From NCBI GenBank assembly GCA_965277805.1, contig OZ255842.1:640001-704000 (forward strand): a DNA stretch of 64,000 nt. The letters run 5' to 3'. Shown here piece after piece: positions 27,520 to 37,448 of the stretch (position 1 is its first letter; every line of letters begins with the position of its first letter). The position numbers and the translations under genes were made by a program. The notes under the pieces are model-generated. The model searched no databases and was not told the origin of the DNA. It worked only from the letters and a program-made list of their open reading frames with translations. The DNA is from Candidatus Lustribacter sp. Its GTDB lineage: Bacteria > Vulcanimicrobiota > Vulcanimicrobiia > Vulcanimicrobiales > Vulcanimicrobiaceae.

Positions 27520-28292
27520 TCGAAGCGCGCAACATCACGCATCGCTTCCAAAGCACGAGCCGCGCGGGTCTGCCCGTGCTCGATAACGTCTCGTTGACGG
27601 TCGAACCGGGAAGCTTCGTTTCGCTGCTGGGCCCAAGCGGTTGCGGGAAGACGACGCTGCTGCGCATCATCGACGGGCTCGTGCAGCCGACCAGCGGCCA
27701 GGTCTTCATCGACGGCGTCGAGGTGCACAAGCCCGGGCTCGATCGCGCGATGGTGTTTCAGGAATTCAACCTGCTGCCATGGCGCACGGCGCTGAACAAC
27801 ATCGAGTTCGCGCTCGAATTGCACGGGGTGACCGGCGTCGAGCGCCGCGACCGCGCCCTCGAGGCACTGCAGCGCGTCGGCCTCGAGAAATTCTCGACGT
27901 ACTACCCGCATCAGCTCTCGGGCGGTATGAAGCAGCGCATCGGTCTCGCGCGGGCGCTCAGCACGAACCCCCGCTATTTGCTGATGGACGAACCGTTCGG
28001 CGCGCTCGATCCCATGGTGCGCGAGATCATGCAGATCGATTTGCTGAAGCTGCTCGATGCGGAAAAGCGCACGATCGTCTTCGTGACCCACAGCGTCGAC
28101 GAAGCGGTCTTCCTCTCGGACCGGGTGATCATGCTGCGAGCGAATCCAGGTTCGATTCTGAAAACCCTCGACATCGATTTGCCGCCGCGCCGGTTCGAAA
28201 ATGACGAAGAGATCAAGGCGTCGAGTGCGTTCGTCGCTTACCGCAATGAAATCTGGCACCTCTTGAAAGAACAGTTGCGCCGGCCGGCGTGA
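27516..28292 (+). CDS. ABC transporter ATP-binding protein, SsuB/TauB type
   Basis: GPSGCGKT, LLPWRT, LSGGMKQR, LMDEPFGALD, FVTHS. Confidence 0.95.
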   Translation: MIEARNITHRFQSTSRAGLPVLDNVSLTVEPGSFVSLLGPSGCGKTTLLRIIDGLVQPTSGQVFIDGVEVHKPGLDRAMVFQEFNLLPWRTALNNIEFALELHGVTGVERRDRALEALQRVGLEKFSTYYPHQLSGGMKQRIGLARALSTNPRYLLMDEPFGALDPMVREIMQIDLLKLLDAEKRTIVFVTHSVDEAVFLSDRVIMLRANPGSILKTLDIDLPPRRFENDEEIKASSAFVAYRNEIWHLLKEQLRRPA

Positions 28293-28305
28293 CGAGGAGA
28301 AAACG

Positions 28306-29532
28306 TTGACCCAAACAACCGATATCATCGCGACCGCGCCGCACTTCTTATCTCTGGCCGAGCGCGACCGCCGGCACGCGGCGATCCAGGCGCGTATGGA
28401 AGCCGACGGGCTCGACGTGCTGATCCTGCCGGCCAGCGCCAACCGTTGGGAACAATCGATGGCCGACTCGCGCTACGTGACCGGCATCGGCGGCTTCGGG
28501 ACCGAGACACTCACGATCGTGCCCCGCGGTCAGGCGCCGACGGCGTACGTGTTCAACCGGGCCGGCTGGTGGAAGTCGCACCCCAACCACTGGATCAATG
28601 ACGTCCGCGACGGGCGCAACCGGTGGACCAAGAACATCATCGAGCGGCTCGGCGAAATCGGCTTCACGCGCGGCCGCATCGGGCTCTCGGGGCTGGCGGG
28701 CAGCAACCGCACGCCCGACGGCACCGCACCGTATTACACCGTCGAATCGCTGAAGGCGAAGTACCCGCAGGCCGAGATCGTCGATGCGAGCGCCGTCATT
28801 CAGGATTTGCGTTCGATCAAGAGTCCCGAGGAAGTTCTGACATTGGAACGCTCGGCGCTGGTAACCGACGAGATGGTGGCAGCAATGGTTGCCGCAGCTC
28901 GGCCGGGCGTGACCGAACGCGCGGTATACGCCGCGATCGTGCACGCGATGCTGCTCGGCGGGGCGGATCTACCCTCGCTGCTGATCTTTGCGTCAGGGCC
29001 CGGACTCGAGATCGGGCACGGGCAATTCGTTCCGACCGATCGCGTACTGCAAGACGGCGATCTGCTGGTGAACGAGTTGGAGGCGCGCATTGCCGGTTAC
29101 GGCGCGCAGACTGTGGCGCCGGTGTGGATCGGTCGCCCGGACGAACGCTACGCGGCCGTCGCCAAGGCGGCTGAAGCCGTGTTCGAGACCGTGCTGCAGC
29201 ATTTGCGGCCGGGCGAGACGATGGGCAGCGTGATGAAGGTTTATTACGATGCGATCGAGCGGGAAGGCAAGGGCACGATGAAGGGTTCGTTTCCGCTCAT
29301 GCACGCGCGCGGTCTCGGCGATGAGGTGCCGCAGGTCATCGACGCCGCGGACCTCGAGCAGAGCGGCGGTGCCGAGCTGGTCGAGAACATGGTATTCGTG
29401 CTGAAACCGCGCGTGCGCGACGCGGGCGACTCGATCTCGGCGCAAGTCGGCGACACCGTCGTCGTCACGCCGAGCGGAGGGCGCCGATTGGGCCGCCGCC
29501 CGTTCGGCCTTTCCATCGTGAAGCCGAACTAA
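28306..29532 (+). CDS. M24-fold protein with non-canonical metal ligands
   Basis: SLAERDRR, RSIKSPEE, ELEARIAGYGAQ, HARGLGDE, VLKP, VGDT; GAGGAG RBS with TTG start. Confidence 0.85.
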   Translation: MTQTTDIIATAPHFLSLAERDRRHAAIQARMEADGLDVLILPASANRWEQSMADSRYVTGIGGFGTETLTIVPRGQAPTAYVFNRAGWWKSHPNHWINDVRDGRNRWTKNIIERLGEIGFTRGRIGLSGLAGSNRTPDGTAPYYTVESLKAKYPQAEIVDASAVIQDLRSIKSPEEVLTLERSALVTDEMVAAMVAAARPGVTERAVYAAIVHAMLLGGADLPSLLIFASGPGLEIGHGQFVPTDRVLQDGDLLVNELEARIAGYGAQTVAPVWIGRPDERYAAVAKAAEAVFETVLQHLRPGETMGSVMKVYYDAIEREGKGTMKGSFPLMHARGLGDEVPQVIDAADLEQSGGAELVENMVFVLKPRVRDAGDSISAQVGDTVVVTPSGGRRLGRRPFGLSIVKPN

Positions 29533-29541
29533 GGAATCGAC

Positions 29542-30333
29542 ATGCGATTGAGCAACAAAACCGCGATCGTCACTGGGGCGACGGGGCAATTCGGTCACGT
29601 GATCGCGCGTGCGTACGCGCGCGAGGGCGCGAACCTCTACCTCTGCGAATTTTCCGAAGCGGCCGCCGCGCTGACGAAGTTGCGTGACGAAATCGCGGCG
29701 ACCGGCGCGAAGGTCGAGTGCGGGACGCACGACGTGAGCACGCAGGCCGGCGCGGCCGAACTCGCCGCGGCTGCACTGAAGTCGTTCGGCCAGATCGACA
29801 TCTTGCTCAACGGCACGTCGGGCGGCGGGCACGGCAAGGTGTTCGAGATTACCGAGGCCGCCTGGCGCCGGGCAATCGATCGCGGTCTCACGTCGTATTT
29901 CTTCACGTGCCAGCAAGTCGGTAAGGAAATGGCGCGGCGCGGCTCGGGCAAGATCATCAACATCAGTTCGATCGTGGGCCGGCTCGGCTCGGGCGGCGCC
30001 ATCGGCTGGGGCGCGAACAACGGCGGAATCGACGCGATGACCGCGGCCTTCGCGCAAGCGCTCGGCATGTACGGCATCAACGTCGTCGCGCTGGCGCGCG
30101 GCGCCACCGACACCACGCCGTATTCGGACGAAGCGATGAACGAACGGTTGCGGCGCTTGCCGTTCGGCCGGCTCGGCCGCGAAGACGACATCGTGGGTCC
30201 GGCGATCTTTCTCGCCACCGACGAAGCGAAGTGGATCGCCGGTTCGGTCGTCTACTGCGACGGCGGCTACGTGACCGCGGCCGCCACCGATGCCGAGTCG
30301 CGCCCCACCGAAGTGCCGTACCGCGGCAAGTAA
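29542..30333 (+). CDS. SDR-fold oxidoreductase, atypical (YxxxK replaced by WxxxN)
   Basis: IVTGATGQFG, IDILLN, GKIINISS, GWGANNGG, VYCDGG. Confidence 0.8.
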   Translation: MRLSNKTAIVTGATGQFGHVIARAYAREGANLYLCEFSEAAAALTKLRDEIAATGAKVECGTHDVSTQAGAAELAAAALKSFGQIDILLNGTSGGGHGKVFEITEAAWRRAIDRGLTSYFFTCQQVGKEMARRGSGKIINISSIVGRLGSGGAIGWGANNGGIDAMTAAFAQALGMYGINVVALARGATDTTPYSDEAMNERLRRLPFGRLGREDDIVGPAIFLATDEAKWIAGSVVYCDGGYVTAAATDAESRPTEVPYRGK

Positions 30334-30334
30334 C

Positions 30335-30955
30335 ATGCTCGAAGTGTGGGGTGCGACGAGCGCCGCGAACGTTCAGAAAGTCACCTGGTTCCTCGAAGAG
30401 ATCGGCAAGCCGTATACGGCGCGCGGCATCGGCTACGAAGGCAGCGATCCGATCGACGAAGTGTACTTGAAGGTGCGCGGTGGCGAAGCGTCTCCGATTC
30501 TCAAAGACGGCGAACTCGTGCTGTGGGAAGGCAATGCCGTCATCCGTTATCTGGCGGAGACGTACGCGCCGGGCCGCTTCTATCCGCCAGCCTTCGCGGC
30601 GCGCGCGGAAGCCGATCGCTGGATGGACTATCAGCTCAGTACGATCCGCCCGCCGTTGCACGCGATGTTGCGCGACCATCTGGATTCGCGCGCCGTCACG
30701 CGCAACGCCGCCAAGCTGGCCGAAGCGATGGAACCGGTGGAAACAGCATTAGCGCAGCGGCCGTATCTGGCCGGCGAGACGTTCACGATCGGCGACATCC
30801 CGGTCGGCATCAACGCCTATCGCTGGTTTCTGCTCGACATCGAGCGGCCGGAATCGCCCGCGATCGAAGCGTGGGTCGAGCGCCTGAAGGCACGACCGGC
30901 GTTCGCAAAAGCGATCGTGCCGCCGAACAACCCCAACGTCGCGCTCCGCGCATAA
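30335..30955 (+). CDS. Glutathione S-transferase family protein (GstB/YliJ-like)
   Basis: VWGATSAANVQKV, LWEGNAVIRYLA, RWMDYQ, YLAGETFTIGDI. Confidence 0.88.
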   Translation: MLEVWGATSAANVQKVTWFLEEIGKPYTARGIGYEGSDPIDEVYLKVRGGEASPILKDGELVLWEGNAVIRYLAETYAPGRFYPPAFAARAEADRWMDYQLSTIRPPLHAMLRDHLDSRAVTRNAAKLAEAMEPVETALAQRPYLAGETFTIGDIPVGINAYRWFLLDIERPESPAIEAWVERLKARPAFAKAIVPPNNPNVALRA

Positions 30956-30973
30956 CGAGAAAGGCCGAACAGA

Positions 30974-31414
30974 ATGATTCACATGACCGACGAGATCCGC
31001 CGTTGGCTCGAAGTCGCGCCCGATGACGGCGTCCCGTGTCTCGTCGGCACGTCGACCAAAGACGGGCATCCGCAAATCAGTCCCAAGGGCAGCGTCGCCG
31101 TCTTCGACCCCGAGACACTGAGCTTTTGGGAGCGCAGCTTCCGTTCGAGCTACGATGCGATCGCCGAGAACCCGCACACGGTCGTCTACATGCGTAACCC
31201 GCACGGCTCGGTCGAGATCCCGCACCGCGGCTCGGCGCTGCGCTTCCATGGCGAGGCCCGCATCGCAACGAGCGAGACCGATCGCCAACGTGCCTGGGAC
31301 ATCAGCGGCAAATCCGAACAGGACCGCGATCCCGAACGCAAGGGCGTCGCTATCCTGATCCGCGTCGACCTCATCGAAGATCTCGGCGGTGCGGTCGTCA
31401 TGAAGCGGGACTAA
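30974..31414 (+). CDS. Pyridoxamine 5'-phosphate oxidase-like FMN split-barrel protein
   Basis: LVGTSTKDGHPQISPKGS, IAENP, LRFHGEA. Confidence 0.8.
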   Translation: MIHMTDEIRRWLEVAPDDGVPCLVGTSTKDGHPQISPKGSVAVFDPETLSFWERSFRSSYDAIAENPHTVVYMRNPHGSVEIPHRGSALRFHGEARIATSETDRQRAWDISGKSEQDRDPERKGVAILIRVDLIEDLGGAVVMKRD

Positions 31415-31423
31415 CCGCAAGGA

Positions 31424-31451
31424 TTGGCACCGGCCTGCGGCAAACCATAAT
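31424..31451 (+). promoter_or_regulatory. Putative sigma70-type promoter for the Rieske oxygenase operon
   Basis: TTGGCA-16 nt-CATAAT in an intergenic gap, followed by GAGGG RBS and ATG. Confidence 0.45.
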
Positions 31452-31486
31452 CGTTGTCGAAAACAACTAACATGGGTGTCGAGGGT

Positions 31487-32758
31487 ATGATGCTGACGGC
31501 CGAAGAGCCATTTACGCTACGCGACCAGGTGTACGTGCAGACCGCGCCCGGAACGTTGGCCGGGCGCTATCTGCGCCGCTTTTGGCAGCCGGTCTACCAT
31601 AGCGTCGACCTGCTGCCCGGCGTCGCGCGCCCGCTGCAGATCATGTCGCAGTCCTTCGTGCTCTTTCGCAGCCAAAGCGGCGCCGCGTCGCTGCTCGACC
31701 CGCGCTGCCCGCATCGCATGGCGCAGCTCTCGATCGGACGCGTCGAAGGAGAGACGATCCGCTGCTTCTATCACGGCTGGAAATTCGGCACTGACGGCGC
31801 CTGTGTCGAACAGCCCGCGGAAGGCAACGCGTTCACCGATAAGGTTGCGGTGCGCTCGTATCCGGTTCGCGAATATCTCGGCCTGATCTTCGCCTATCTC
31901 GGCGACGGCGAGCCGCCGGAGTTCCCGCGGATCCCTGAGTTCGAGCGCTTCAGCGGTTTCGTCGAACTCGACTCCTACTCGCGCAGCTGCAACTACTTTC
32001 AGAATCTCGAGAACGCACTCGACATGAGTCACGTTGCGTTCGTTCACGCCGACAACCGTGCGTCGTTCACGAACATCGGCGAGGGCTTGCGGCTCGATGC
32101 AACCGAATCGACGTGGGGTGTCGCCTACACCTACGAGCGGCCCGACGGCGCGAAGCGCGTGCAGCAGTTCGGCATGCCGAACATCTTTTACATGACGGCG
32201 TTGCCGACGGACCCGGAGATCGGCTGGCAAGAATCGGTGTTCTGGTGGGTGCCGATCGACGACGAACGCCACATGCAGTTCAGTCTGCACCGCGTTCCCG
32301 CGACCGGCGAGGCCTCCGAGCGCATTCACGCGCGCCGGCAAGAACGGCGCCGTACGATCGACCAGCGCCACCAAGACGTGAGCGCGGCGATTCTCGACGG
32401 CAAACTTTCGCTTAACGACGTCGACGTCGAGCGCGTCGACCTCGTGCGCCTGCAGGACGACTTGGCGCAAATCGGGCAGGGCGACATTGTCGACCGCCGC
32501 GCCGAGCGCCTGGGACGCGGCGACGCGGGTGTGGTGGCGATTCGCAAGGCGTGGCATCGCGAACTGATCGCGCTGCATCGCAACCAGCCCTTGAAGCATT
32601 GGACGCGCGATGCCGAACTGATCCCGCGCGCCTGGAGCTTGAAAGAAGGCGAACTCGACCGCAATGTCGTTGCCGATGCAACCGAGGCGCCGATCGTCGA
32701 CGTGCGGCCGTTCGTCGAGATCGAAGAGCAGTTGAGCGAACTGCACCGGCGTCTGTGA
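31487..32758 (+). CDS. Rieske non-heme iron oxygenase alpha subunit (phthalate 4,5-dioxygenase/VanA-like)
   Basis: CPHR..CFYHGW Rieske motif; ENALDMSHVAFVH and QDD catalytic ligands; start ATG 31487 or 31490. Confidence 0.92.
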   Translation: MMLTAEEPFTLRDQVYVQTAPGTLAGRYLRRFWQPVYHSVDLLPGVARPLQIMSQSFVLFRSQSGAASLLDPRCPHRMAQLSIGRVEGETIRCFYHGWKFGTDGACVEQPAEGNAFTDKVAVRSYPVREYLGLIFAYLGDGEPPEFPRIPEFERFSGFVELDSYSRSCNYFQNLENALDMSHVAFVHADNRASFTNIGEGLRLDATESTWGVAYTYERPDGAKRVQQFGMPNIFYMTALPTDPEIGWQESVFWWVPIDDERHMQFSLHRVPATGEASERIHARRQERRRTIDQRHQDVSAAILDGKLSLNDVDVERVDLVRLQDDLAQIGQGDIVDRRAERLGRGDAGVVAIRKAWHRELIALHRNQPLKHWTRDAELIPRAWSLKEGELDRNVVADATEAPIVDVRPFVEIEEQLSELHRRL

Positions 32759-34032
32759 CACCACGAATGCTGCAGCCGGAGCCCGGCCCGGTGCTCAGCC
32801 TCGCCGAGCGCGACCGGCGCTGGAACGGTCTGCGCGCGATCATGCGCGAGCAAGGCATCGATGCGATCGTCGCCGGCAGTTTCAACGGCCGCGAACGGCT
32901 CGAGTGTTACTTGATCGACGACTTCCTCGATTCGATCGTCGTGCTTCCGCGCGAACGCGATGCGATCGTGCTGACGTTCTCGGCGTCGCGGCTCTCGCGT
33001 GCATACGAGAGCGAACGGCGCGGCATCCAGCTGTGGGCGCGAGATTATCGCCTCGCCGCCGGCGGAACATCGACCGCCGAGGTCGTGGCGGAGGTCGTGC
33101 CGTCCGGCGGACGCGTCGGCATCGTCGGCTTCGGCCCCACTGCGCCGGGCGAGATGGAAGGGCTCTTGCCCTACGGTTTTCACCGCAAGCTGACCGATGC
33201 GCTGACCGGGATCGAGATCGTCGATTTCACGCAGCAGTTCACCGACTTCATGCTGGTCAAAAGCGAAGAAGAACTCGCGCTGCTGCGTTTCGCGGCCAAG
33301 GTCAGCGAACAGGCGTCGCTCGCGATGCTCGATGCGTGCCGGCCCGGCGTCAACGAAGCAGCAGTGTACGCCGCGATCATGAGCGAGATCTACCGTTGGG
33401 GCTGCGAGACGCGCTATCCAAACATGAGCTTGCAGTCCGGTTCCGACAACATCGGCTGGGGCGCGCCGCGCTGGGCGTTGCGGGCCGAACCCCCGCGCAT
33501 TTTGGAGGCAGGCGACGTCGTGCAAGCCGAGATCCACACGATGTACGGCGGTCAGGAATCGCAGGTGCAGATGTCGGTTGCGCTCGACCCGATCGACGAA
33601 GTGCTGGCAGCGTGCGCCGACATCGCGCGGGCCGCTTACGAGGCCGGCGTTGCCGCCGTCGCTCCGGGTATGACGTTCGCATCGGTCGTGCATGCGATGG
33701 AGGCGCCGCTGCGCGCCGCCGGCGCTTGGAGCAAGACGCCGCTCGTCCACACGCTCACGTTCGGCGCGACCGGCTTTACGCCGGTCAACCGCGAGCAGAT
33801 CGCCGGCACCCGCGAGGAGCAGACCGAAGGACGGATCACGGCCGGTATCCGGCGCGGCGATCTCGTGCTGCGGCCGGGCATGACGCTCGAGCTCGAGCCG
33901 AACGCCTGCATCGGGATGAAGCGCGTGAACATCGGCGGCGTCGTGCTGGTCACGGCAGGCGGTGTCGAGGAACTCAACGACGTCCCCACCCGCATGCGCC
34001 ACGTCGGTCAAATCGGAATGGTCGCGTCATGA
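32755..34032 (+). CDS. M24-fold protein with non-canonical metal ligands (second subtype)
   Basis: SLAERDRRW, LVKSEEE, EIHTMYGGQESQ, VHTL, LEP, IGG; GTGA overlap. Confidence 0.82.
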   Translation: MTPRMLQPEPGPVLSLAERDRRWNGLRAIMREQGIDAIVAGSFNGRERLECYLIDDFLDSIVVLPRERDAIVLTFSASRLSRAYESERRGIQLWARDYRLAAGGTSTAEVVAEVVPSGGRVGIVGFGPTAPGEMEGLLPYGFHRKLTDALTGIEIVDFTQQFTDFMLVKSEEELALLRFAAKVSEQASLAMLDACRPGVNEAAVYAAIMSEIYRWGCETRYPNMSLQSGSDNIGWGAPRWALRAEPPRILEAGDVVQAEIHTMYGGQESQVQMSVALDPIDEVLAACADIARAAYEAGVAAVAPGMTFASVVHAMEAPLRAAGAWSKTPLVHTLTFGATGFTPVNREQIAGTREEQTEGRITAGIRRGDLVLRPGMTLELEPNACIGMKRVNIGGVVLVTAGGVEELNDVPTRMRHVGQIGMVAS

Positions 34033-34766
34033 ATTCGGATCTTCGCGAACGCTACGAAGAGCTCGCAATCGCCAACCGCATTCTCTTCGATCAGGAGATC
34101 CTCGACGGACTCGGACACGTCAGCTTTCGCGATCCCGAGAACCCGAACGTCTTCCACATGTCGCGTGCGCTGGCACCGGGGCGGGTGACGCCCGACGACA
34201 TCCTCGCCTTCGACATCAGCGGCGAGCCGCACGACGCCAAGGGCGCTTCCGTCTACCAAGAACGCTTCATCCACTCCGAATTGTACAAGGCGCGACCCGA
34301 CGTTGCGGCGGTCGTGCACAGCCAATCACCGACCGTGATTCCGTTCAGCGTCACGACGAAGCCGATGCGCCCGATTCGCGCGGCGTTCTTCTATCCTGAG
34401 GTGCCGAACTTCGAGATCCGCGAGGCGGCCGGCGGCTGGACGAACCTGCTCGTGAAGTCGCCCGAACTCGGCGCGGCGCTCGCGCGCACGCTCGGCGACA
34501 ACTCGGTCGCGCTGCTGCGCGGTCACGGCAACGTCGTTTCGGCGCGCGACGTCATCACGGTTGTTTCGCGCGCGATCAAGATGGAGCAGGACGCGCGGCT
34601 GCTGCTGCAAGCGACGATGCTCGGCGGACCGATTACCTATCTCGCGCCCGAGGAAGCAGCGCTGATCGAAGAAATGGCCGCACACGTGGTGCGCGGCTCG
34701 GAACAAGCGCACGACCGCACCTGGGGCATGTGGAAGGATCAGGCGTTACGCAACAACCCGTTCTAG
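34029..34766 (+). CDS. Class II aldolase/adducin family protein (decarboxylase-like)
   Basis: ANRIL, GHVS, ERFIHSELYKARPDV, VVHSQS, LLRGHG. Confidence 0.88.
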   Translation: MNSDLRERYEELAIANRILFDQEILDGLGHVSFRDPENPNVFHMSRALAPGRVTPDDILAFDISGEPHDAKGASVYQERFIHSELYKARPDVAAVVHSQSPTVIPFSVTTKPMRPIRAAFFYPEVPNFEIREAAGGWTNLLVKSPELGAALARTLGDNSVALLRGHGNVVSARDVITVVSRAIKMEQDARLLLQATMLGGPITYLAPEEAALIEEMAAHVVRGSEQAHDRTWGMWKDQALRNNPF

Positions 34767-34767
34767 G

Positions 34768-35094
34768 CTACACGCTAACGTAGATCATCCCGTCTTCGAT
34801 CATCACCGGAAACGTGACGGCCGCCAGGTCGGGGTTGGTGACGCTCTTGCCGGTGGCGAGGTCGAAGCGAAAGCGGTGCCACGGGCAGATGATCTCGCGG
34901 CGACCTTCGTGCAGGCAGCCCTCGTCGAGCGGCGCGCCTTTGTGCGGGCACGCATTGGAGAACGCATACACGTCGTCGTCGACGCGCATCAGCGCGATCT
35001 TGCGCCGGCGTACGGTTTCCAAACGCAGGGCGCCTTTCGGCAATTCGTCCAGCCGGCAAACGGCTTCGCGGGTGGTGTCGGTCGTGCTCATCAT
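34768..35094 (-). CDS. Rieske [2Fe-2S] ferredoxin
   Basis: NACPHKGAPL and ICPWHRFRFDLATG; 108 aa. Confidence 0.92.
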   Translation of the reverse strand: MMSTTDTTREAVCRLDELPKGALRLETVRRRKIALMRVDDDVYAFSNACPHKGAPLDEGCLHEGRREIICPWHRFRFDLATGKSVTNPDLAAVTFPVMIEDGMIYVSV

Positions 35095-35114
35095 GTATCC
35101 TATCGGCAGCGGCG

Positions 35115-36115
35115 CTACGTTTTGAGTAGTGCCTCAGCATTGCTATGGAAGACTGCGCGTAGCTGGTTTTCGGTGAAGCCGCTCGAGCTTAACCCCGCGA
35201 CGTCCCTGGCCGCGACGCTGTACGGGAAGTCGGTACCGAACAGGATGTGCGAGGCGGGCACCAGCTTGGAGAGGGCGGTCATGGCCTCGATGTTCGCCGA
35301 TTGGGCGGTGTCGTAATAATACCGCGCGACGGTGTCCGCGACCGTGCCGGGCAGCATGGCAGCCCACTCGGGTGAACTCGCCTTGCGTAAAAAGCGGCCG
35401 ATCAGATACGGCATGCTGCCGCCGGCGTGCGACCAGATGATGCGTACGTTCGGAAAGCGCTTAGCGGCACCGTTGAAGAGATAATTGGCGATGGCGCGGG
35501 TCGTATCGGTCTGATATTCGATCATCGAGTCTTCGATCGAAGCGCCGAGGAGATTCGTGCAGCACGCGTTTGACGTCGGTGAACGAACACGAGCGCGCGG
35601 CGCCGATCGAGTTCGGCGAAGAGCGGGTCTAGCCGCGCGTCGCCGAGCCAGAGGCGGCCGCCATAGCTCGAGAACAGGCCAACACCGTCAGCCTTTAGCG
35701 TGTCGAGGGCGTACGCAACCTCATCGAGACTCGCCTTAACATCGGGAAGCGGCAATGCCGCGAACATGCCGTACCGTGCGGGATAGCGCCGTACGACATC
35801 GGCGGCGTAGGTATTGCATTCGCGCGCCAGACGCTTCGTGCTATCCGGGAAGCCGAAATCGAGCCCGGGGGTCGTTATCGAGAGGTAGGCGCGCCGTACG
35901 CCGGCGCGATCCATATCGTCCATCGACTTCTCGAGGGTCCACCCGAGGATCGGCGGAGCCAACTCGGCGCTCCCGACCTCGCGCACGTAGGCCGGCGGGA
36001 CGTAATGATGATGAACGTCGATTTTATCGGCGGTTTGTGCCTTGGCCAAAGCGGGGATTCCGGCCGCTAGGGCGGCCGTCGCGGCGATGAAGTTCGTTCG
36101 CGTGAACTGCGGCAC
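35115..36115 (-). pseudogene. Amidohydrolase-2 family protein (6-methylsalicylate decarboxylase-like) interrupted by a 1-nt deletion; pseudogene or sequencing error
   Basis: IDVHHH, WSHAGG and FGTDFP motifs. Adding one base at 35578-35579 joins the two ORFs into [26 protein letters not shown]. Confidence 0.8.
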
Positions 36116-36246
36116 CGCAATCGAATGTTGTGGCGCGGACGAAAGGTCCTTCGTGCGTATACTCGGCCGTAGCTACCGGCAGGCGCGCTGCCCGGATTTG
36201 AGAAAGTCTCCGTTCGTTACCGTCTGACCGGGGAGAATATTCTGCC

Positions 36247-37448
36247 GTGGAGCTCGACGAACGACCCGACACCAGCGACACCATTGCGACCGGCACTCAC
36301 TTTTACGATAAGTTGGTCCGGGAACGCCGGCCGGGGAGTACCTGCGCCGGTTCTGGATGCCGGTGGCGCTGCTCGATGACGTGAAAGCCGGTCGCGCCAA
36401 GACGATCAAAATTCTGAGCGAACTCTTCACCTACTATCGCGGTGAGAGCGGCGCCCCCCACTTAGTCGCGAACGAATGCGCGCATCGGCACACGCGGCTG
36501 GCGCCGCACGGTCGGGTTGAGGAAGACTGCATCCGCTGTTTCTATCACGGCTGGATGTACGACGCGACTGGTCAGTGCCTCGAGCAACCGGCCGAGGGGC
36601 GCGAGAGCTTCGCCCACAAAGTCCAGATCAAGGCTTATCCGGTCCGCGAATACCACGGAATCGTGTTTGCGTACTTCGGCGCCGGCGAGCCGCCCGAATT
36701 CCAGCATCTCGATCTGTTCGACGGTCCCGGCGTTCGTGAAGTTGGATCGTACGTCCGCCAGACGAACTTCTTCAACTCGCTCGACAACCAGGCCGACTGG
36801 GTGCACGCGAACTTCGTGCACTACCGCTCGGAGTTCACCAAGATCGGCATTAACCGCGCGATTCCGGTGGTCAGCGCCGAGGAAACCGAGTACGGTCTCA
36901 AGGGCTACCTCACGTACGACGACGGCGTCGTTGGGGTGAATTTCGTGCTAATGCCGATCGGCATGTACATCATCGGGTCTGGCTCGCGCATCAACGACGT
37001 GGATGGCCTGGTGTACATTCACCAGATGGCCTGGCGGACGCCGATCGACGACCACAGCCACCGCTCGTTTAACATTTACTACGCCGACGTCACCGGTGAG
37101 GCGGCCGAGCGGTTCTCCGCGGCGCGGGCTCACGCGCGTCAAGCCTCGACCGACATGCCCGGTCGCGCCGAGATCATGAACAAGATCTACAGCGGCGAGC
37201 TGCACGTCGACGAGGTTGACGAGTCGCGCCCCGACATCGTCGGCATCCAGGACACGGTCACGATGGAGATGCAACGGCCGATCAGCGAACGCGAACCCGA
37301 TCGGCTGGGCCGTTCCGATGCGGCCGTGATCGTGCTGCGCAAGATGTACATGCGTGAAATTCGCAAGATGCTCAACGGCGAGCCGATCAAGCCGTGGAAG
37401 TGGCCGCGCGAGCTGAAGGCCGAGCCGCAGTTTGTCGAGGTTCCATGA
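36247..37448 (+). pseudogene. Rieske oxygenase alpha subunit with a 1-nt deletion near the 5' end; otherwise intact (main ORF 36357..37448)
   Basis: GGGGAG RBS then GTG 36247 reads VELDE...FYDK; one added base at about 36311 continues VGPGTPAGEYLRRFW. CAHR..CFYHGW, DNQADWVHANFVH and QD motifs present. Confidence 0.75.
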
